DNA of 64,000 nucleotides, from positions 32,355 to 96,354 of the forward strand of contig JAVKIP010000002.1 in assembly GCA_031459385.1 (NCBI GenBank), given 5' to 3'. Numbering within the stretch: position 1 is the first letter of the stretch; the number at the start of each line of letters is the position of its first letter. This DNA comes from Candidatus Fervidifonticultor secundus (GTDB taxonomy: Bacteria; Sysuimicrobiota; Sysuimicrobiia; Sysuimicrobiales; Humicultoraceae). The notes beneath the pieces were generated by a model. That model did not search any database. It saw only the letters and a list, made by a program, of their open reading frames with translations, and was not told the DNA's origin. Below are positions 10,933 to 20,383 of the stretch, one piece after another. Position numbers and translations under genes: made by a program.

Positions 10933-12214
10933 CGTGCGGGCCCTGGGCCTGGCGCTCTATATCGCCGGCACGGTCTACCTCGTGGCGTCGGTGCCCCGGT
11001 CGTTGCCCGCCTTCCTGCTGTTCCTGGCGTCGATCTTCCTCCTTGCCCACCTGGACCTGCCGGGCTGGTTCCGCGGGCTCGGGCTGGTGGTGGTCCTGGC
11101 CGTGCTGATGCCCTACGTCGGCGTTCGGAACGCCTTCTACCTCGAGGTGGCCACGCAGGTCGGGATCTTCGTGGCGCTGGCGCTGGGTTTGAACATCGTC
11201 GTGGGGCTGGCCGGGCTGCTGGACCTGGGGTACGTGGCCTTTTACGCCGTCGGCGCCTACAGCTGGGCGATCGTCGGCTCGCCGCAGGCCCTGAAGATCT
11301 GGCCGGAGGCCACCCACATCCTCCCGCTGGGGGGCTGGTGGTTCTTCGTCTTCCTGCTGGTGGCGGTGGTTCTGGCGGCGCTCACCGGAGTGTTGCTGGG
11401 ACTGCCGGTCCTGCGGGTGCGCGGCGACTACCTGGCCATCGTCACGCTCGGGTTCGGCGAGGTCGTCCGCGTTCTGGCCAACAATCTGGACAAGCCCATC
11501 AACATCACCAACGGCCCCATCGGCATCACGCCCGTCGGGCGGCCGCCGTTGTTCTTCGCGCCGGTGGTGGAGATGCTGGGGCTGCCGGCGACGCCCATCG
11601 TGCTCTACCCGCTGTACTTCTACTTCATGGTCCTGGTCGTCGTCACCCTTGTCATCCTGGTCACCCAGCGCCTCAAGGACTCGCACATCGGACGGGCCTG
11701 GGAGGCGATCCGTGAGGACGAGGCCGCGGCGGTGGCCATGGGCGTGCCGCTGGTGCGCACCAAGCTGCTGGCGTTTGCCGCCGGCGCGTCGTTCGCCGGC
11801 GCCATGGGCGTGATCTTCGCCGGCAAGCAGCTGTTCATCAACCCCGAGAGCTTCACGTTCATGGAGTCGATCGGCGTGCTGGCCATGGTGATCCTGGGCG
11901 GCATGGGCAGTATTTCGGGGGCGATCCTGGGTGCCAGCGTGGTCACTATCCTCAACCTGCAGGTGCTCAAGCAGTTGTCGCTGACGTTGAACAGCTGGCG
12001 GCAGGCCGGGGTGGAGATCCTCGGGTATAACCTGGCCCACCTGCCCACGCAGCTGGAGCCCGCCAAGTACGAGCGCATGGTCTTCGGCGTCATCCTCATT
12101 CTCATGATGATCTTCCGCCAGCAGGGGATTCTCCCGTCGGCGCGCCGCCGCATGGAGCTGGAAGAAGCCCGGCAGGTGGCCGCCGAGGAGGCCCTGGCCG
12201 GCGGTGGGCGCTGA
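10919..12214 (+). CDS. livM: Branched-chain amino acid ABC permease LivM
   Basis: GLNIVVGLAGLLDLGYVAFY and LRVRGDYLAIVTLGFGE. Confidence 0.94.
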   Translation: MRNSSVRALGLALYIAGTVYLVASVPRSLPAFLLFLASIFLLAHLDLPGWFRGLGLVVVLAVLMPYVGVRNAFYLEVATQVGIFVALALGLNIVVGLAGLLDLGYVAFYAVGAYSWAIVGSPQALKIWPEATHILPLGGWWFFVFLLVAVVLAALTGVLLGLPVLRVRGDYLAIVTLGFGEVVRVLANNLDKPINITNGPIGITPVGRPPLFFAPVVEMLGLPATPIVLYPLYFYFMVLVVVTLVILVTQRLKDSHIGRAWEAIREDEAAAVAMGVPLVRTKLLAFAAGASFAGAMGVIFAGKQLFINPESFTFMESIGVLAMVILGGMGSISGAILGASVVTILNLQVLKQLSLTLNSWRQAGVEILGYNLAHLPTQLEPAKYERMVFGVILILMMIFRQQGILPSARRRMELEEARQVAAEEALAGGGR

Positions 12215-12998
12215 CGTGGCGCTGCTGCAGGCGGCGGGTGTCACCAAACGCTTCGGCGGTCTGGTCGCCGTGCACGGCGTGGACTTCACGCTGGAGGAGG
12301 GGCTGATCGCCAGCATCATCGGACCCAATGGCGCCGGGAAGACGACGTTCTTCAACGTGCTGACCGGCGTCTACGCGCCAGAGGAGGGGCAGGTACGGTT
12401 CCGCGGCCGGTCCATCGTCGGCCTGCGGCCCGACCAGATCACGGCTTTGGGCATGTGCCGGACGTTCCAGAACATCCGCCTGTTCGGCACCATGACCGTG
12501 GTCGAGAACATCCTGGTGGGGATGCACAGCCGGCTGGGCCTGGGCGCGTGGGACGCGCTGCTGCGCACGCCTCGCTTCCACGCCACGGAGCGCGACGCCC
12601 TGCGGCGGGCGCGCGAACTCCTGCAGCTCGTCGGGCTCTCCGGGCGGGCCAACGACCTGGCCAAGAACCTGCCGTACGGCGACCAGCGCCGTCTGGAGAT
12701 CGCGCGCGCGCTGGCCAGCCAGCCGACGCTGTTGCTGCTGGACGAGCCCACCGCCGGGATGTCGCCCACGGAAGCGCTGGCCCTGATGGACTTCCTGCGT
12801 CGCCTGCGGGCCGAGCTGGGCCTGACGATCCTGCTGATCGAGCACAACATGCGCGTGGTCATGAACATCTCCGACCGGGTCACGGTGCTGGACTACGGCG
12901 AGAAGATCGCCGAGGGGCCGCCCGCGCAGGTGCAGAACGACCCCAGGGTCATCGAGGCCTACCTGGGCGCTACCAAGGGCGTGGCCGCGATCCGGTAA
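12204..12998 (+). CDS. livG: Branched-chain amino acid ABC ATPase LivG
   Basis: GPNGAGKTT, RTFQNIRLF, LPYGDQRRLEIARA and EAYLG. Confidence 0.94.
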   Translation: MGADVALLQAAGVTKRFGGLVAVHGVDFTLEEGLIASIIGPNGAGKTTFFNVLTGVYAPEEGQVRFRGRSIVGLRPDQITALGMCRTFQNIRLFGTMTVVENILVGMHSRLGLGAWDALLRTPRFHATERDALRRARELLQLVGLSGRANDLAKNLPYGDQRRLEIARALASQPTLLLLDEPTAGMSPTEALALMDFLRRLRAELGLTILLIEHNMRVVMNISDRVTVLDYGEKIAEGPPAQVQNDPRVIEAYLGATKGVAAIR

Positions 12999-13010
12999 CG
13001 GGGCCAGCGA

Positions 13011-13721
13011 ATGGCGCTGCTGGAGATCGAGAACCTCCACGTCTACTACGGTCACATCCACGCCCTGCGCGGCATCACCGTGACCGTGGACGAGCGCGAG
13101 ATCGTGGCGCTGCTGGGCAGCAACGGCGCCGGCAAGACGACCACGCTGCGCACCGTATCGGGGCTGCACCGGGCGCGGGAGGGGGCCGTGCGCCTGGAGG
13201 GCGCCCGGATCGACGGCCGGCCGCCCCACGAGATCGTCGCGCTGGGGATCGGGCATGCGCCCGAAGGGCGGCGCATCTTTGGCCGGCTGACCGTGCGCGA
13301 GAACTTGATGATGGGCGCGTACCGGCGCCACGACCCCGGGGGGATCCGGGACGACCTGGAACGGGTGCTGACGTTGTTTCCCCGCCTGCGCGAGCGCCTG
13401 GGCCAGGTGGCCGGGACGCTGTCAGGCGGTGAGCAGCAGATGCTGGCCATCGGCCGTGCCCTGATGACGCGGCCGCGGGTGCTGCTGCTGGACGAGCCCT
13501 CCATGGGCCTGGCGCCGGTGCTGGTAGAGCAGATCTTCCAGACGGTTCTCGACATCAACGCCCAGGGGACCACGGTGCTGCTCGTCGAGCAGAACGCCTA
13601 CATGGCGCTCACCGTGGCGCACCGCGCCTACGTGCTGCAGACCGGGGAGATCACCCTCCAGGGATCGGCCGCCGAGTTGCGCGAGAACCCCGAGGTCAAG
13701 CGGGCCTACCTGGGCGGCTGA
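13011..13721 (+). CDS. livF: Branched-chain amino acid ABC ATPase LivF
   Basis: GSNGAGKTT, PEGRRIF, LSGGEQQML and LDEPSMGLAP. Confidence 0.95.
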   Translation: MALLEIENLHVYYGHIHALRGITVTVDEREIVALLGSNGAGKTTTLRTVSGLHRAREGAVRLEGARIDGRPPHEIVALGIGHAPEGRRIFGRLTVRENLMMGAYRRHDPGGIRDDLERVLTLFPRLRERLGQVAGTLSGGEQQMLAIGRALMTRPRVLLLDEPSMGLAPVLVEQIFQTVLDINAQGTTVLLVEQNAYMALTVAHRAYVLQTGEITLQGSAAELRENPEVKRAYLGG

Positions 13722-13759
13722 GCCGCCCGCAGGCCGCGCAGCCCGGCCCGCCCCGCCGG

Positions 13760-15523
13760 TCAGTCCCCGTTGCGCGGCAGCGTGACGACGAACGTCGTGC
13801 CCGCGCCGGGGGCGCTGGTGACGGCGATGCGCCCGCCGTGGGCCTCCACGATGTGTTTGGTGATGGCCAGGCCCAGGCCGCTGCCCCCCGGGCTCGCCGG
13901 CCGGGCCCGGTCGGCCTTGTAGAAGCGCTCGAAGACGTGGGGCAGGTCGTCCGGGGCGATGCCCGGCCCCGCGTCCGAGATCGAGATCTCGACCTCCCCG
14001 TCGGTGCAGCGCCAGCCGATGGCGATGCGGCCGCCGTCGGGCGTGAACTTGATGGCGTTGTCCAGCAGGTTGGTGAGGACCTGGCTCAAGCGGTCGCGGT
14101 CGGCCAGGGCGACGACCTCGCCGGGCGGCGCCTGCACGTCGAACACCCGCGCGCCCGCCAGCGGCCGCAGCCGGGCCAGGGTCTCGTCCACCAGCGTGCC
14201 CACGTCGACCTGCCCCAGCTGTAGGGTGACGCGCTTGTCCTCCAGCCGCGAGAGGTCCAGCAGGTCGTCGACCAGCTTCACGAGCCGGTTGGCCTCTTTG
14301 TCGATGATCTCCAGGAAGCGCCGGCCCGTCGCCTCGTCGTGCATGGCGCCCCCCAGCAGCGTCTCCGCGAACCCCTTGATCGACGTCAGAGGGGTGCGCA
14401 GCTCGTGGGAGACGTTGGCCGTCAGCTCCCGTCGCACGCGCTCGAGCCGGCGCAGCTCGGTGACGTCGCGCAGCACCGCGACGGCCCCGCCGGGGCCACC
14501 GCCCTCACCCGGCAGCGGCGCGCAGTGGACCTCCACCAGGCGGGTGCCGACCTCTGCCGGCGGCAGCTCCCCGGTGCAGGGCTGGCCGCGCGCCGCCGTC
14601 TCGGCCAGCAGCGCGCGCAGGCGCGGGCCGGGCCGCAGGAACGCCTCGTCGCCCCTGCGCCCGGGCGCCAGGAGGTCGGAGGCCGCCCGGTTGGCCAGGA
14701 TGAGGGTGCCGCCGCGGTCGACCGCCACCACGCCGTCGGACATGCTGGCCAGGATCGTCTCCAACCGGGTGCGCTCTGCCTCCAGGGTCGTCACCATCTC
14801 GCGCAACCGGCCGGCCATGTGATTGAAGTGCTCGGCGAGCCGTGCGATCTCGTCGGCCCCGCGGGGCGCGACGGTCTGGGTGAGGTCGCCGGCGCTCATC
14901 CGCGTGGCCACCCGGGTGAGGTCCTCGATGGGCTCGACGAGCCCCCGGGCCAGGCGTGCGCCCAGCACCCAGGCCAGCACCATCCCGATCACCAGACCGA
15001 CACCCAGCTGCGGGAGCATCCGGCGCAACTGCACCCACACCCATCCCGTCGGCACCGATACGTGCACGACGGCGAACAGCCGGCCGTCCACCAGCACCGG
15101 CGACGCGGCGAAGACCCGCTGGCCGCCCTCGGCCGGATCCCGGCGGACCGTCCGGAACGTGCAGTCGCCGGTGCGCTGGGGCGCGTCCAGGCACGCTGCC
15201 AGGGCAGCCAGTTCGCCGGCAGGGCCGGTGCGGGCCGGGGTGCGCAGCGCGGCGGCGGGAAGCACCCGGATGGTGGCGTCGGGCCGCCAGCGGAACTCCT
15301 GGGCCAGGCGTTCCAGGCGCGCGGGGTCGGCACCGCCGTCCCGTGCGTACTCCTCGAGCATGCGGCCGATGAGCCGGGCCTGGCGCTCGATCACCCACGC
15401 GTAGGTGGTCGTGTACTGCAGCTGGAGGCGCCAGGTGACGAACGTGGCCACCAGCACCAGGCACAGCGTGGCCAGCGCCAGGTACGAGAGGGCCAGGCGG
15501 CTGCGGATCGAGCGCGGCCTCAT
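13760..15523 (-). CDS. Sensor histidine kinase (HAMP-PAS-HisKA-HATPase; PhoR/WalK-like)
   Basis: Two TM segments, HAMP, SHELRTPLT, NLLDNAIKF and GSGLGL. True start ATG 15523 overlaps the response regulator stop. Confidence 0.92.
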   Translation of the reverse strand: MRPRSIRSRLALSYLALATLCLVLVATFVTWRLQLQYTTTYAWVIERQARLIGRMLEEYARDGGADPARLERLAQEFRWRPDATIRVLPAAALRTPARTGPAGELAALAACLDAPQRTGDCTFRTVRRDPAEGGQRVFAASPVLVDGRLFAVVHVSVPTGWVWVQLRRMLPQLGVGLVIGMVLAWVLGARLARGLVEPIEDLTRVATRMSAGDLTQTVAPRGADEIARLAEHFNHMAGRLREMVTTLEAERTRLETILASMSDGVVAVDRGGTLILANRAASDLLAPGRRGDEAFLRPGPRLRALLAETAARGQPCTGELPPAEVGTRLVEVHCAPLPGEGGGPGGAVAVLRDVTELRRLERVRRELTANVSHELRTPLTSIKGFAETLLGGAMHDEATGRRFLEIIDKEANRLVKLVDDLLDLSRLEDKRVTLQLGQVDVGTLVDETLARLRPLAGARVFDVQAPPGEVVALADRDRLSQVLTNLLDNAIKFTPDGGRIAIGWRCTDGEVEISISDAGPGIAPDDLPHVFERFYKADRARPASPGGSGLGLAITKHIVEAHGGRIAVTSAPGAGTTFVVTLPRNGD

Positions 15524-16236
15524 GGGCGTCCCTTCCGGCGCGCGGGCTCGGGCGCGCGGAGCTTGTAGCCGACGCCGCGCACGGTGACGATGTAGGTGGG
15601 TGCGGCGGGATCGTCCTCGATCTTCTCCCGCAGCCGGCTCACGTGCATGTCGACCGTGCGCGTGCTGCCGTAGAAATCGTGCCCCCACAGGTGTTCGAGG
15701 AGGAAGTCGCGGGTGAAGATGCGATTGGGGTAGCGCATGAACAACCGCAGGAGGTCGAACTCCCGGGCCGTGAGGTCCACCGGCCGTCCCTGGAGGGTCA
15801 CTTCGTGCGTGACCGGGTCGAGCCGCAGCTCCCCGACCTGGAGCGGCTCCTGCGCAGGCGGCGGCACCTCCCGGGCACGCCGCCGCAGCACCGCTTTCAC
15901 GCGGGCGACCAGCTCGCGGGGACTGAACGGCTTGGTGACGTAGTCGTCGGCCCCGCGCTCGAGTCCTTCGACCCGTTCGAGCTCGCCGCCGCGCGCCGTG
16001 AGCATGATGATGGGCACCGGGCCCTCGCGGCGCAGCTGCCGGCACACCTCCATCCCGTCCAGGCCTGGCAGCATCAGGTCGAGGATCACGAGGTCGGGGC
16101 GCTCGGCCCGGGCCCGGGCCAGCGCCGCGTGCCCGTCGCCCGCCGTGGTGACCTCGTAGCCCTCCTGGAGCAGGTTGTACCGCACCAGCTCCACGATGTG
16201 CGGCTCGTCGTCCACGACCAGCACGCGCGCGTGCAT
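15520..16236 (-). CDS. OmpR/PhoB-family response regulator
   Basis: VVDDE, LDLMLP, GADDYVTKPF, RTVDMHVSRLREK and TVRGVGY. Confidence 0.95.
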   Translation of the reverse strand: MHARVLVVDDEPHIVELVRYNLLQEGYEVTTAGDGHAALARARAERPDLVILDLMLPGLDGMEVCRQLRREGPVPIIMLTARGGELERVEGLERGADDYVTKPFSPRELVARVKAVLRRRAREVPPPAQEPLQVGELRLDPVTHEVTLQGRPVDLTAREFDLLRLFMRYPNRIFTRDFLLEHLWGHDFYGSTRTVDMHVSRLREKIEDDPAAPTYIVTVRGVGYKLRAPEPARRKGRP

Positions 16237-16239
16237 CGC

Positions 16240-16647
16240 TCACATCACCCGCCGCAGTTCGCCGCCGATGTAGCCGGTAGCCGCGATCAGGACCGCGCCC
16301 AGAACCGCGAGCCCGACGAACACCGGCCGGGACAGGGCCGGCCGGCGCCACCGCGCCAGGAAGCTCACCAGGTACACCCCAGTGGCCGCAGCCGCCACCA
16401 GCTGGTGCACGCGGTGCTGGGTGACGAACTCCTGCCCGATCCCCTGCGCGACCAGGGGCAGGTAGTCGACGTAGCCGCTCGCGACCGACGCCACCGCGCC
16501 CAGCAGGCCCAGGCCCACGAGCCACTGCGAGGCGCGCAGGTGGCCCAGGTCGCCCGACCGCAGGAACAGCACGTCGAACAGCGCGCTGGTCAGCCACAGC
16601 GCCACGGGGAAGTGCACGATCAACGGATGGACCAGAAAGGGCATCAC
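16240..16647 (-). CDS. DUF2231-like membrane protein
   Basis: HPLIVHFPVAL N-terminal motif, four TM helices and C-terminal TGYIGGEL. Confidence 0.8.
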   Translation of the reverse strand: MMPFLVHPLIVHFPVALWLTSALFDVLFLRSGDLGHLRASQWLVGLGLLGAVASVASGYVDYLPLVAQGIGQEFVTQHRVHQLVAAAATGVYLVSFLARWRRPALSRPVFVGLAVLGAVLIAATGYIGGELRRVM

Positions 16648-16835
16648 ACCACCTCGCGGTGCCGGTCGGGCCGCGCGGCCAGCGAGAGCCGGCGGCCGTG
16701 CCCACGGCCTGTCAGAGTCGTTCGGCTCCGGCCGGCCGGCCTCCTCGGGGCAGGCTAGCGCCGTCGGGTAACGGCGGTGTCACTCAAAGGGCGCGCGCCC
16801 CGGTGCGTCGAAACGCGCTGGCGGTGAGCCACCCG

Positions 16836-18038
16836 ATGAGCACCGACGCGCTGGACACCCGGGCCAACCCCCTGGCCTTCCTCGACGACGAGCTGCGCGA
16901 CCTGCGGGCGCGCGGCGCCTGGCGCTGGCCGCGGCTGCTGGAGGGACCGCAGGAGCCCTGCAGCCGCTACGACGGGCGCGAGGTCATCAACCTGTGCTCC
17001 AACAACTACCTGGGGCTCGCCACGCATCCGGCGCTGAAAGCCGCCGCCCGGGAGGCCCTGGACCGCTACGGCGTGGGATCGGGCGCGGTCCGCACGATCG
17101 CCGGCAACATGAGCCTGCACCAGGAACTCGAGGCGGAGCTCGCCGCGTTCAAGAAGACGGAGGCCGCGCTGTTGTTCCAGTCCGGCTTCACCGCCAACGC
17201 CGGTACCGTCGCGGCGATCCTGGGCAAGGGCGACGTGGTGGTGAGCGACGAGCTCAACCATGCCAGCATCATCGACGGTTGCCGCCTCTCCGGTGCCGAG
17301 AAGAAGATCTACCCCCACGGCGACGTGGCCGCGGCGCGGCGCCTGCTGGAGGAGGCGCGCGGCGCGCGGCGCGTGCTGCTCATCACCGACGGCGTCTTCA
17401 GCATGGATGGCGACATCGCCCCGCTGCCCGCGCTGGTGGAGGCCGCCGAGGCTTACGGCGCCATCATGATGGTGGACGACGCCCACGCCAGCGGCGTGCT
17501 CGGCGATGCCGGCCGCGGCACCGTCGACCACTACGGGCTGCACGGCCGCGTGCACATCCAGGTGGGGACGCTGTCCAAGGCGTTCGCGGGGCTGGGCGGC
17601 TACGTCGCGGGCAGCCGCGCGCTGATCGACATCTTGATGCACCGGGCCCGCCCGCTGCTGTTCTCCACCTCCCATCCGCCGGCGGTGGCGGCTGCGGCCC
17701 TGGCGGCCGTGCGGCTGGTGCAGCGGGAGCCGCAGCTGATCCAGCGGCTGTGGGAGAACACGCGTTTCTTCAAGGAGGGGCTGGGTCGGCTCGGGTTCGA
17801 CACCGGCCGGAGCCAGACGCCGATCACGCCGGTGATGATCGGTGACGAGCGCGCGGCCTTCGCCTTCTCGGACCGGCTCTTCGAAGAAGGGGTCTTCGCG
17901 GTGGGGATCGCGTTTCCCACGGTGCCGCGTGGCGCTGCCCGCGTGCGCACCATCGTCACGGCCGCACACACCCGCGCACACCTGGAGGCGGCGCTGGACG
18001 CGTTCGCGCGGGCCGGCCGCGCGCTGGGAGTGATCTGA
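16836..18038 (+). CDS. kbl: Glycine C-acetyltransferase / 8-amino-7-oxononanoate synthase family (PLP)
   Basis: CSNNYLGL, SDELNHASIIDG, DGVFSMDGD, DDAH and GTLSKA (PLP Lys). Confidence 0.88.
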   Translation: MSTDALDTRANPLAFLDDELRDLRARGAWRWPRLLEGPQEPCSRYDGREVINLCSNNYLGLATHPALKAAAREALDRYGVGSGAVRTIAGNMSLHQELEAELAAFKKTEAALLFQSGFTANAGTVAAILGKGDVVVSDELNHASIIDGCRLSGAEKKIYPHGDVAAARRLLEEARGARRVLLITDGVFSMDGDIAPLPALVEAAEAYGAIMMVDDAHASGVLGDAGRGTVDHYGLHGRVHIQVGTLSKAFAGLGGYVAGSRALIDILMHRARPLLFSTSHPPAVAAAALAAVRLVQREPQLIQRLWENTRFFKEGLGRLGFDTGRSQTPITPVMIGDERAAFAFSDRLFEEGVFAVGIAFPTVPRGAARVRTIVTAAHTRAHLEAALDAFARAGRALGVI

Positions 18039-18039
18039 C

Positions 18040-19287
18040 CTGACCGTTCCCACCAGGGCCTTCGGCGCGCTGCTCTCCCCGAGCGAGGCGCGCGAGCGCT
18101 ACCTGGCCGCGCTGGAGGCGGCGCCGCGCGGGGTCGAGGAGGTGCCGGTACACGCGGCGCTGGGTCGGGTGCTGGCCGCGGACGCCGTGGCCGGAGTCGA
18201 CCTCCCGCCCTTCGACCGCTCCGCCGTGGACGGTTGGGCCGTGCGGGCGGCCGACGTGGCCGGGGCTGCGGTCGACCGACCGGTCAGCCTGCGCCACGTC
18301 GGAGAGGTGACCATGGGAGCCGAAGCAGGGCTGCGCGTGGGCACGGGCCAGGCCGTCCGCGTGCCGACGGGCGGGATGCTGCCCCCAGGCGCCGACGCCG
18401 TCGTGATGCAGGAGGACGTCACCTTCCGCCCGCCGGAGGTGCTGGTCCGACGGGCAGTGGACGTGGGCGCCAACGTCGTGCCGCGCGGCGTCGACGTCCG
18501 TGCGGGCGAGGTGGTCCTGGCCCGTGGCCGCCGTCTGCGGCCTGCGGACCTGGGGATCCTGGCCGGGCTGGGGTACGCGAGGATCGCGGTCACGGTGCGG
18601 CCGCGGGTGGCAGTGGTGTCCACCGGTGACGAGGTCGTGCCGCCGGGGGCGCCGCTCGGTCCCGGGCAGGTGCGGGACATGAACAGCGCGGCGCTGGCGG
18701 GCGCTGTTGAGGCGGCCGGCGGCGTGGCGGACCCGCTGGGCATCGTGCGGGACGATCGCGGGATGCTGGAGGCGACGCTTTCGGCTGCCGTGAGCAGCCA
18801 CGAGATGGTGCTGGTCTCGGGCGGCTCGTCGGTCGGCGAACAGGACAGCGTCGCCGAGGCGATCGGCGCGCTGGGTCCACCGGGAATCATCGTGCACGGT
18901 GTCGCGGTCCGGCCTGGCAAGCCGACGATCCTGGCGGCCGCCGGCAGGGTGCCGGTCATCGGCCTGCCCGGCAACCCGGTCTCGGCGCTGGTAATCTTCG
19001 ACCTCTTCGCGCGCCCCGTGCTCGAGCGCCTGCTGGGCATGGATCCGGCCGCGCGTCCCTGGGACCGGGTGCGGGCGCGCGTGGCGGCGCCGGTGCCGGC
19101 CGCCGGGGCCAGGGAAGACCACCGGCGCGTGCGCCTGGAGGCGCGCCCCGACGGCCTGTGGGCACAGCCGCTGCCCGCAGCGTCGCAGGTGCTGACGTCG
19201 CTGGTGCGGGCAGACGGGATCGTCGTCGTGCCGGCTGGCGGGCCCGGGTACGCGGCGGGAGACGAGGTCGAGGTGCGGCTCCTGTGA
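18040..19287 (+). CDS. moeA: Molybdopterin molybdotransferase MoeA (probable CTG start)
   Basis: PPFDRSAVDG, TGGMLPPGADAVVMQE, STGDE and GLPGNP. MoeA-like N-terminus extends upstream of GTG 18142 to CTG 18040. Confidence 0.9.
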   Translation: MTVPTRAFGALLSPSEARERYLAALEAAPRGVEEVPVHAALGRVLAADAVAGVDLPPFDRSAVDGWAVRAADVAGAAVDRPVSLRHVGEVTMGAEAGLRVGTGQAVRVPTGGMLPPGADAVVMQEDVTFRPPEVLVRRAVDVGANVVPRGVDVRAGEVVLARGRRLRPADLGILAGLGYARIAVTVRPRVAVVSTGDEVVPPGAPLGPGQVRDMNSAALAGAVEAAGGVADPLGIVRDDRGMLEATLSAAVSSHEMVLVSGGSSVGEQDSVAEAIGALGPPGIIVHGVAVRPGKPTILAAAGRVPVIGLPGNPVSALVIFDLFARPVLERLLGMDPAARPWDRVRARVAAPVPAAGAREDHRRVRLEARPDGLWAQPLPAASQVLTSLVRADGIVVVPAGGPGYAAGDEVEVRLL

Positions 19288-19862
19288 CCGGGCGGACGCG
19301 TGCCGGAGGCCCAAGCCCCAGGGGGCGGGGCCTGGCAGCCAGCCGGCAGCCCGCCACAGCCGCGAGGCTCACGCACGTCGATGCCGCCGGACGCAGCCGG
19401 ATGGTGGACGTCTCGGCCAAGCCCGCCACGGTCCGTCGCGCCACGGCCCGGGGCGAGGTCCACATGCAGCCCCGCACGCTGGCCCTGCTGCGCGCCAACC
19501 GGCTCGCCAAGGGCGACGTGCTCGGTGTCGCTCAGGTTGCCGGCGTGCTCGCGGCCAAGCGCACGGCCGAGCTGATTCCCCTGTGCCATCCGCTGCCGCT
19601 CGCGGATGTGCAGGTCCGGCTGACCCCGCACAGGGCGCCGGCGCGCGTGGCCATCGAGGCCACGGTGCGGACTGTGGCGCCCACCGGCGTGGAGATGGAG
19701 GCGCTGACGGCGGTGGCTGTGGCGGCCCTCACGGTGTACGACATGTGCAAGGCCGCCGACCGCGCGATGACGATCGAACGCATCCGGCTCGTGCACAAGG
19801 CCGGCGGACGCCGCGGGGAGTATCGCCGTCCAGGCGAGCCGCCTCCCCAGGAGGAGTCATGA
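19284..19862 (+). CDS. moaC: Cyclic pyranopterin monophosphate synthase MoaC
   Basis: MVDVSAK, KGDVL, LIPLCHP, TGVEMEAL and YDMCKA. Confidence 0.95.
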   Translation: MTGRTRAGGPSPRGRGLAASRQPATAARLTHVDAAGRSRMVDVSAKPATVRRATARGEVHMQPRTLALLRANRLAKGDVLGVAQVAGVLAAKRTAELIPLCHPLPLADVQVRLTPHRAPARVAIEATVRTVAPTGVEMEALTAVAVAALTVYDMCKAADRAMTIERIRLVHKAGGRRGEYRRPGEPPPQEES

Positions 19863-20383
19863 CCACCCTGGAAGGTCGGCGCGTCGCCGTCCTCACCGCC
19901 AGCGAGACCGTGGCCCGAGGGGCGGGCACCGATACCAGCGGCGATGTGGTGGTAGAGCGCCTGACCGCCATGGGCGCTGAGATCGTGGCGCGGGACGTGG
20001 TCCGCGACGACCGGGCGGTCATCGCCCAGCGCCTGCGCGCCTACGCCGACGACCTGGGTGTGGCGCTCGTGCTGACCACCGGCGGCAGCGGTCTCTCCCC
20101 CACTGACGTGACGCCCGAGGCCACGCTGGACGTGGTGGAACGACTCGTCCCCGGGCTCCCGGAGGCAGCGCGCCAGCGCACCGCGGCCGCAGCCCCCCTG
20201 GCCGTGCTCTCGCGCGGGGTCGCGGGCATCCGCGGGCGCACGCTCATCGTGAACCTGCCAGGCAGCCCCCGGGCCGTGCGCGAGTGGCTGGACGTTCTCC
20301 TGCCGGTGCTGCCGCACGCGCTAGCGCTGCTCGGCGGCGAGTCGCCCCCCTGGGGCCAGGAGCACCGCACGGACATCCGGTGA
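19859..20383 (+). CDS. mog: Molybdopterin adenylyltransferase (MogA/MoaB family)
   Basis: DTSG, TTGGSG..DVTPEAT, SRGVAGIR and NLPGSP. GAGGAG SD. Confidence 0.9.
   Translation: MTTLEGRRVAVLTASETVARGAGTDTSGDVVVERLTAMGAEIVARDVVRDDRAVIAQRLRAYADDLGVALVLTTGGSGLSPTDVTPEATLDVVERLVPGLPEAARQRTAAAAPLAVLSRGVAGIRGRTLIVNLPGSPRAVREWLDVLLPVLPHALALLGGESPPWGQEHRTDIR

Noticed and set aside
13760..16705. 981-aa ORF suggesting a giant or fused histidine kinase
   Set aside because: The N-terminal roughly 390 codons are an off-frame read over the DUF2231 and response regulator genes. The real kinase starts at ATG 15523, overlapping the regulator's stop.
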